A stretch of DNA of 64,000 nucleotides from Candidatus Obscuribacteraceae bacterium (lineage in GTDB: Bacteria; Cyanobacteriota; Vampirovibrionia; Obscuribacterales; Obscuribacteraceae). The notes under the pieces are model-generated. The model worked only from the letters and a program-made list of their open reading frames with translations. It was not told where the DNA came from and did no database searches. The position numbers and the translations under genes are program-made. The stretch lies in contig JBGAHS010000003.1 in assembly GCA_044226015.1 (NCBI GenBank), positions 256,001-320,000 on the forward strand, given 5' to 3'. Within the stretch, counting starts at the first letter, position 1; each line of letters opens with the position of its first letter. Shown in pieces: positions 58,540 through 64,000 of this stretch.

Positions 58540-59499
58540 ATGACAAAGAAAAACTACTTACTGATTGGGGTTCTTTTAGTAGGTTTGTTTTTGGCCGACT
58601 TTATCAGCTACCCGTTTTTGCAAAGTGAATCCTATTTATCTCAAAACAAGGGTGAAAATGGCATCTGGCTTCGTTATCTCTGGTACTTCGGCAAACATTC
58701 AGAGGAAGACGAGCAGAAACTCTTTGCCCGGCTTTCCACAGGGCAATTTAGGTATGCCTACTTCCATGTTCGGTCTATTCAGAAAGACGGTTCGCTGCAG
58801 TTTCATCACAAGGAAACAGCACGCCCTTTGCTCGAACGTTTACATCGCCTTGTGCCAAACTGTAAGAATATCGCATGGGTCTACGTTGGCACCGCCACCG
58901 AATATGGTGGCGTAGACTTATCTCAAGCAAAGGTACGCAAAAAGATGGTCGAGGAAGCAGACTGGTTAGTCCAGGAATGCGGATTCGACGGAGTTCAGTG
59001 GGACTATGAATTTGCCAATAATCAGAACCCTTATCTCTTGACCTTGCTTGAGGAAACACGGTCCCAATTTAGCGAGAAACAGATTATTTCGGCAGCAACA
59101 CCGATGTGGTACCCAGGCACACTCTGGGGATGGGATGATGACTACTTCAAGAAAATCTGCCAACGTTGTGATCAAATTGCTGTAATGTGCTATGACTCAT
59201 TCTTTTATTACCCACGAGCATACAGCTGGCTTTTAGGCGAACAGTGCCAACATCTTCTAAGTGACGCAGCGCTTGCAAATGATTCCTGTAAGGTTGTCTT
59301 AGGCGTCCCTAGCTATGAGAAAGGAACTCTGGGACACCTAACCTTCACAGAGAATCTGCGAGTTGCGTTGCCCGCGATCAGCAAATCGGTAGCAATCTCG
59401 AAGCACAAAGACTCATTCGCCGGAGTCGCAATTTTTGCTGAGTACACAACAGACAAAGATGATTGGGACGATTACTTCAAGCTATGGATGAGACAGTAA
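58540..59499 (+). CDS. GH18-like glycoside hydrolase (TIM barrel) with N-terminal anchor
   Basis: GFDGVQWDYE (DxxDxDxE variant) and AVMCYD motifs. Confidence 0.75.
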   Translation: MTKKNYLLIGVLLVGLFLADFISYPFLQSESYLSQNKGENGIWLRYLWYFGKHSEEDEQKLFARLSTGQFRYAYFHVRSIQKDGSLQFHHKETARPLLERLHRLVPNCKNIAWVYVGTATEYGGVDLSQAKVRKKMVEEADWLVQECGFDGVQWDYEFANNQNPYLLTLLEETRSQFSEKQIISAATPMWYPGTLWGWDDDYFKKICQRCDQIAVMCYDSFFYYPRAYSWLLGEQCQHLLSDAALANDSCKVVLGVPSYEKGTLGHLTFTENLRVALPAISKSVAISKHKDSFAGVAIFAEYTTDKDDWDDYFKLWMRQ

Positions 59500-59511
59500 C
59501 GCGAATTCAGA

Positions 59512-61011
59512 TCATTGCTGCAGCATTCCAGCTTCGGTGAGGCGATCGACCCATTCTGCCAATGCGCTGGCACTTTCAATGTCTAAGGCAGACCAGGGCA
59601 TTGATTGCCCCTCTTTCATTTCCTTCCACTGTTCAAATGAACTGCGTGGATACAATCGCGGACCAAACGGCGTATCTTCCGCCGGCTTAAATGGATCTCC
59701 CGCCCAGGTCACTTCTCTGATTGTTTCTATGCGAAACCATAACAGCCAGGATTTCGGCCGATTACCGATTTTCGCAGCAAGCAAGCCACTTGCATAGTGA
59801 CGAACGTCGGAAGTGAACCGGGAAGGGAAATCATCGTAAGCTACTGTTTCATTGCTACCTTTCTGAAGCCAACCTACAATACGGTCTAACGCATCGTTAT
59901 CGGGAACAGCACCAAACTTAGACATTTCTCCGTTCAAAATCGCAACCGTGCCATTGCAGTGAATTAAATCCTTCATGCTAAAGCGTCCCTGCACGAGAGT
60001 TCTCAGCAAGGGCTTTTTCGTCAATCTATCAACTATTTTTGAAACAATTTCAAAAGCCTGTACTTTGCGCTCAGATTGCTCAATTTTCGCCAACCCCGTA
60101 AGCCGCGTCGAACAGACATCTGCAATGGATTCGTAAATAGCAGCATCAAAAAAGGTTAGTCGCAAAGGTCTTCGATTGTGACACGCAAGCAGCCCCCAAA
60201 ATTTTCCATTTTCAAACAATGAAATGGACATGGAAGCACCAACCTCCATATTCCGCAAGTACTGCAAATGCACTTCAGAAACGCTTCGAACAAAGGAAAA
60301 ACTCATATCTAAGGGCTCTGAGGCATCGAAATCAAGCAGCTTTGCCTGAACTGAATCTACATCTGCGATGACACGAACTCTGTTTCGTTGATATAACTCT
60401 CTAGCCTGTTTAGGAATATCAGTGTGAGGGAAATGCAAACCCAAATAAGAAGGCATCTCGGGCACCTTAGCTTCGGCAATAACCTCCCCATTCCAATCTT
60501 TATCGAACTGATAAACCTTAACGCGATCTATTCCAGAAAGTTCTTGAATAAAGGAAGCCAACATTTCTGCAAGCTCGCCAATCGAGCCAAGCTTGCTAGC
60601 TCGGTTAACAAAATCACGCAAGACAGCCACCGCATCTGGTAGCACGCGGGTGTCATCGACCGGAATAATATCCAAGAAATATTCAGACCGTTGTTTGTGC
60701 AAGTGCACATCGACGGGAATACCAGATTTAAGCCTTACCCTGACAGGTTCCCACCCATTTGTTTTCTCTCGAAAAACCTCGGGAATATCACCCGAAAAGA
60801 AAAGGGTATCTGCCGTTTTGCCAGCTATTTTTTCTGGCTCAAAACCAAGCAAAGTTTTGATGTTATCGCTGCAACGATTTACAACACCATTTTTATTGAA
60901 ACATATTAGTGCACCAAAGTTCTGCACAGATCCGGGAATCTGTATTGGCTCCCGTTCGCAATTGCTCAGGTCAACCAGTTCGTCATTACCTTTGGTACCT
61001 TTTGCAGCCAA
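59512..61011 (-). CDS. bphP: Bacteriophytochrome photosensory module (PAS-GAF-PHY) without output domain
   Basis: NCEREPIQIPGSVQ (biliverdin Cys), HFPHTDIPKQAR, HLQYLRNM, WAG and PRSSF motifs; ends right after PHY. Confidence 0.9.
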   Translation of the reverse strand: MAAKGTKGNDELVDLSNCEREPIQIPGSVQNFGALICFNKNGVVNRCSDNIKTLLGFEPEKIAGKTADTLFFSGDIPEVFREKTNGWEPVRVRLKSGIPVDVHLHKQRSEYFLDIIPVDDTRVLPDAVAVLRDFVNRASKLGSIGELAEMLASFIQELSGIDRVKVYQFDKDWNGEVIAEAKVPEMPSYLGLHFPHTDIPKQARELYQRNRVRVIADVDSVQAKLLDFDASEPLDMSFSFVRSVSEVHLQYLRNMEVGASMSISLFENGKFWGLLACHNRRPLRLTFFDAAIYESIADVCSTRLTGLAKIEQSERKVQAFEIVSKIVDRLTKKPLLRTLVQGRFSMKDLIHCNGTVAILNGEMSKFGAVPDNDALDRIVGWLQKGSNETVAYDDFPSRFTSDVRHYASGLLAAKIGNRPKSWLLWFRIETIREVTWAGDPFKPAEDTPFGPRLYPRSSFEQWKEMKEGQSMPWSALDIESASALAEWVDRLTEAGMLQQ

Positions 61012-61594
61012 ATTTCGTCTCCCAGCACAGCAATAGATATTTTGCCATCACTTAGAGAGCTTAAAAGGTTCGTACAATATTGACTGCAGCGAGCCTTCCC
61101 AAACCGCCAGCATCGAAGCGCCATTAGTGGTATAAACTTTTGTTGCTTTGTGTACGATCTGCCACAGGGCAAAAATCAGTGCCACTCAAAGATCAGTGCC
61201 ATCAAATGGCATCAAGAAAAAAGACTAGAACGCCATGAATGCCAATTGAATTGAGCGCGCAGCAAATAGGCAACCGCAAAAAATAAAATGCGCTGCTCAC
61301 AGAAGACACTAAATTAGCGCCTCCGCAAATTTATTCAATTAGACAAACATGGCGCGAAGTCAGATCAAATGCAATAGCAAACGTAAACAAAACCGGCAGC
61401 TGTAGCTGCTGCAACGCCTACGTAATACAAACCTTCTACTAATAAGATCATTTCTCAGCACCTCCATGCGCTAAGAATAAAGTGCAGTGGTAAACGTTCG
61501 GTTAAGGAAATCGATTTCGCTAAGTTTTTTCAGTCTCCTTTATAATGAGACTGATTCTTCTAACTAACAAAACCCGCCCCCAAGTGCTCAGTAA

Positions 61595-62407
61595 ATGAAT
61601 AGACCCACAAAAGCTGCTCTAATTCTCATTGCAATATGTTTCGCGATGCCAATAGCGCAAGCTAAAAAGAACGCCTTTGCCGGTAGCTGGCTTTCAAAGC
61701 AGTACACGAACGGCAAAGAGTTTCAACTCAAAATTCAACAGAACGACGACGAGTTGCTTGGATGGGAAGGCATCATTCCTCAAAACCTGGATAATGTTCC
61801 TCCCGATTTCACTGGAACAATAAAAGGCAAAGAAGCCGACATCGAAGTACAACACCGCAGAGGCTACAAAGCTCACGCCCACCTGCGCCTGCAAGGCGAT
61901 AAACTGGTCTGGCAGTTGTTCGATTCTGATAGCAGAAGTAACAGGTATTTTCCCTTAGCTTCGACGCTTTCAAAGCGTGACGAAGACGCAGAATCAGCGA
62001 CAGGTCAAAGCGCAATGCCAACAACTGAAAAAAATCCTGACCAATTTTTGTATGACATTCTTGCGAATTGCGACTCATTTGATAGCGGAACAGTAGGTGA
62101 GGGCGGAGGAATGCCTGCCTCGTTCAGTGCGTTCAAAGCTATTGTTAGCCACGCTCCAACCAGCGATAGTGCGGCGCTGAAAGCACTCTCAAAAAGCACC
62201 AAGCCCGCGGCGCGTGTCTATGCCGCAGCTATTAACTGGGAAATAAATCACGAAGCTGGACTTCAAGCATTCAAAGCTTTGGAAAGTGACAGCACTCCTG
62301 TGGCGTTCAAATCAGGCTGCGAAGTCATGAATGTTACCGTTCAGGAAATCGCTAAAAGCTACCTCGAAAGGGGTTCTTATTTGGACTTTCCCTCGAAGAA
62401 ATACTGA
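61595..62407 (+). CDS. Hypothetical exported two-domain protein
   Basis: Signal peptide (AQA|KK), beta-rich N-terminal domain and helical C-terminal domain. Confidence 0.8.
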   Translation: MNRPTKAALILIAICFAMPIAQAKKNAFAGSWLSKQYTNGKEFQLKIQQNDDELLGWEGIIPQNLDNVPPDFTGTIKGKEADIEVQHRRGYKAHAHLRLQGDKLVWQLFDSDSRSNRYFPLASTLSKRDEDAESATGQSAMPTTEKNPDQFLYDILANCDSFDSGTVGEGGGMPASFSAFKAIVSHAPTSDSAALKALSKSTKPAARVYAAAINWEINHEAGLQAFKALESDSTPVAFKSGCEVMNVTVQEIAKSYLERGSYLDFPSKKY

Positions 62408-62423
62408 TCAGGTCAGGGCAAAC

Positions 62424-63104
62424 ATGCAGAAAAGAACGCTGGAAGAACTCTTGAACAGGGATGATCCTGCATGGCCTCTAATTATCAATTGGATGAATGA
62501 AGGCAAAAACAAAGTCGAAGTTCTGCCTGCTAGAGAGCCTGATAGAGCGAACGCGCTGCTAGAAGTTCAGGTCACAACACGCTCACCCATGGGTGCCATC
62601 GTTTATGAAACTGGTGGCATGCTCGTCGACCATGGCTGGCTGAGAATACTTGGTTCGGGTTCTGACAAAATGAATCGGTCTCTAGCAGGATGGAACGCAG
62701 AGATAGGCAACAACATAAATTCAGGAGATGTGCCACCATTTTTGTTGATTGCTGACGATGTGATCGGTGGATTTTTTGCGCTGGACAATGGATTTTTCGG
62801 AAACCCATCGCGCGTCTTCTATTTCTCTCCTGATTCTCTTGATTGGGAAGACACAGAAAAGGGCTACACAGATTTCCTGCTCTGGTGCTTTAACGCAGAT
62901 CTGACTCTATTCTATTCCGACTACAGATGGGCTGGCTGGGAAAACGAAGTCGCCGAACTGAACGGCAACCAGGCATTTACTGTTTATCCATTCCCATTTG
63001 CAGATGGTCCACCAATCGGCCAGCGCAGCCGAGGTGTCGCACCTGTAGCCGAATTGTTTGGACTCTACACAGGCGACCTTCGAGAGCAGTTAGGATTTGA
63101 ATAG
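62424..63104 (+). CDS. DUF2625-like protein
   Basis: QVTTRSPMGAIVYETGG..VDHGWLRILGSG, ADDVIGGFFAL and YFSPDSL.WE motifs. Confidence 0.85.
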   Translation: MQKRTLEELLNRDDPAWPLIINWMNEGKNKVEVLPAREPDRANALLEVQVTTRSPMGAIVYETGGMLVDHGWLRILGSGSDKMNRSLAGWNAEIGNNINSGDVPPFLLIADDVIGGFFALDNGFFGNPSRVFYFSPDSLDWEDTEKGYTDFLLWCFNADLTLFYSDYRWAGWENEVAELNGNQAFTVYPFPFADGPPIGQRSRGVAPVAELFGLYTGDLREQLGFE

Positions 63105-63306
63105 GCTTCAATCAATAATTTTTTTGTTTGACCGCGACAAACCTTGTACCGTGCAAGCAAATTTCAGTGCTAGCACATTTTTTTGTTTGTTTTTCAACTT
63201 AGCCGAAAATGATGGGGCATGTTGAACCTGACGACCATACTGAATGTGGAATTAACCATACCAAAATCAGACCGGCCCAGTTAGCATTGCTCCAATCGGA
63301 GGGATT

Positions 63307-64000
63307 ATGATTGTAGATGGCGCAGCCAGGTCATTCTTTGCCAACCTTGGTCGACTAACTGGGGCTGCAGAAACAGCTTCTGCCGAGCGACTGTCGGCTT
63401 CCGCGTGGGCACATGCAGTCGAAACTTTGGCTCCCAATCCGAAACAAATCGAGAATGCGGCTCTAGCAACATTGTCCAGGGTGCCGGCATTGCCAACAAT
63501 GGGTCGAGCTGAGCTTGAGAGTCTCCTATCAAATGGCAGCATCAAATACACAAGCAAACCCGCAGAAATGGCAGGCTTTACACACATCAAAACTGGAATT
63601 ATTCAATCGCAAAATGGTGAAATCGTACCAATCGTAGAACGTTCGCTCACTCCACAAAAGACAGCAACAGAGCTGAAAGTGGCGAAAATAAGTGAACTTA
63701 TGCCATTTAGCAATATTTCGCCCGTGACAGTTCCGAACGGCGCCAGCGACGTAATACAACAGCGCGTCGGCATGTCCCTGGAGGAATGGGCCTCCAGAAC
63801 CGACCATAGTTTGCTGGGTGTTGCGCGGGAATGGAACCATGGAGCAACGCCCTTTAGTTTCTCGAGAAGCATGAAAAGTATGCCGTTTCGCGAACAGATG
63901 CTTCAAACCCAGGTACAACGCTCAATTCTGGGCGATTTTGATTCCACTCCTGCTAATTTCGGCATAGCCTTACAGAACCGACGCATAATGATAGCTAACC
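63307..64000 (+). CDS. Hypothetical protein with HipA/PI3-PI4-kinase-like motifs (partial, runs off window end)
   Basis: Manual translation from ATG at 63307 (GGAGG upstream) is open to the end: ...TELKVAKISELM...SPVT...ILGDFDSTPANFGI...IAN. Not in the ORF track. Confidence 0.6.
   Translation, partial: MIVDGAARSFFANLGRLTGAAETASAERLSASAWAHAVETLAPNPKQIENAALATLSRVPALPTMGRAELESLLSNGSIKYTSKPAEMAGFTHIKTGIIQSQNGEIVPIVERSLTPQKTATELKVAKISELMPFSNISPVTVPNGASDVIQQRVGMSLEEWASRTDHSLLGVAREWNHGATPFSFSRSMKSMPFREQMLQTQVQRSILGDFDSTPANFGIALQNRRIMIAN

Noticed and set aside
36113..61504. Shared aacgttcggtt in two intergenic regions
   Set aside because: Only two short occurrences, with no consistent position relative to starts.
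63267..63918. Minus-strand ORFs suggesting a frameshifted pseudogene
   Set aside because: Explained as shadows of the continuous plus-strand ORF from 63307.

Overview
This is a gene-dense bacterial chromosomal window of about 47% GC (visual estimate). I found no rRNA, tRNA, CRISPR array, integrase or transposase. Cyanobacterial-type Ccs1/CcsA, a Hanks kinase, lineage-specific hypothetical proteins and the absence of photosynthesis genes suggest a non-photosynthetic cyanobacterial relative (Melainabacteria/Vampirovibrionia, Obscuribacterales-like); this is inference only. The most striking structure is four dispersed, same-strand paralogues of a small VirB2/TrbC/Maff2-like pilin-type gene (2150-2653, 5576-5899, 14685-15128, 35518-36021). 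Their C-terminal ~103 aa are essentially invariant, their N-terminal linkers vary, and each has its own terminator. The three intact copies carry an upstream CATGAC-N4-GTCATG palindrome, and one copy is 5'-truncated. Interspersed are candidate effectors without signal peptides: a trypsin-like protease, a ~1790-aa protein (Trp repeats, CCQH domain, GNAT), a RelA/SpoT-synthetase-tipped toxin followed by two paralogous immunity-like genes, and a HipA/PI4K-like kinase at the right edge. The rest is accessory metabolism and signalling: a sugar operon, an amine oxidase with MFS, a Rieske oxygenase, a paoABC-type molybdoenzyme locus interrupted by an octaheme Hao-family/cytochrome c/ccsBA cassette, a hybrid kinase with an odd ectodomain, and a bacteriophytochrome with no output domain. 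Several unrelated intergenic minisatellites are present. All family calls come from motif recognition by eye; no database search was run.
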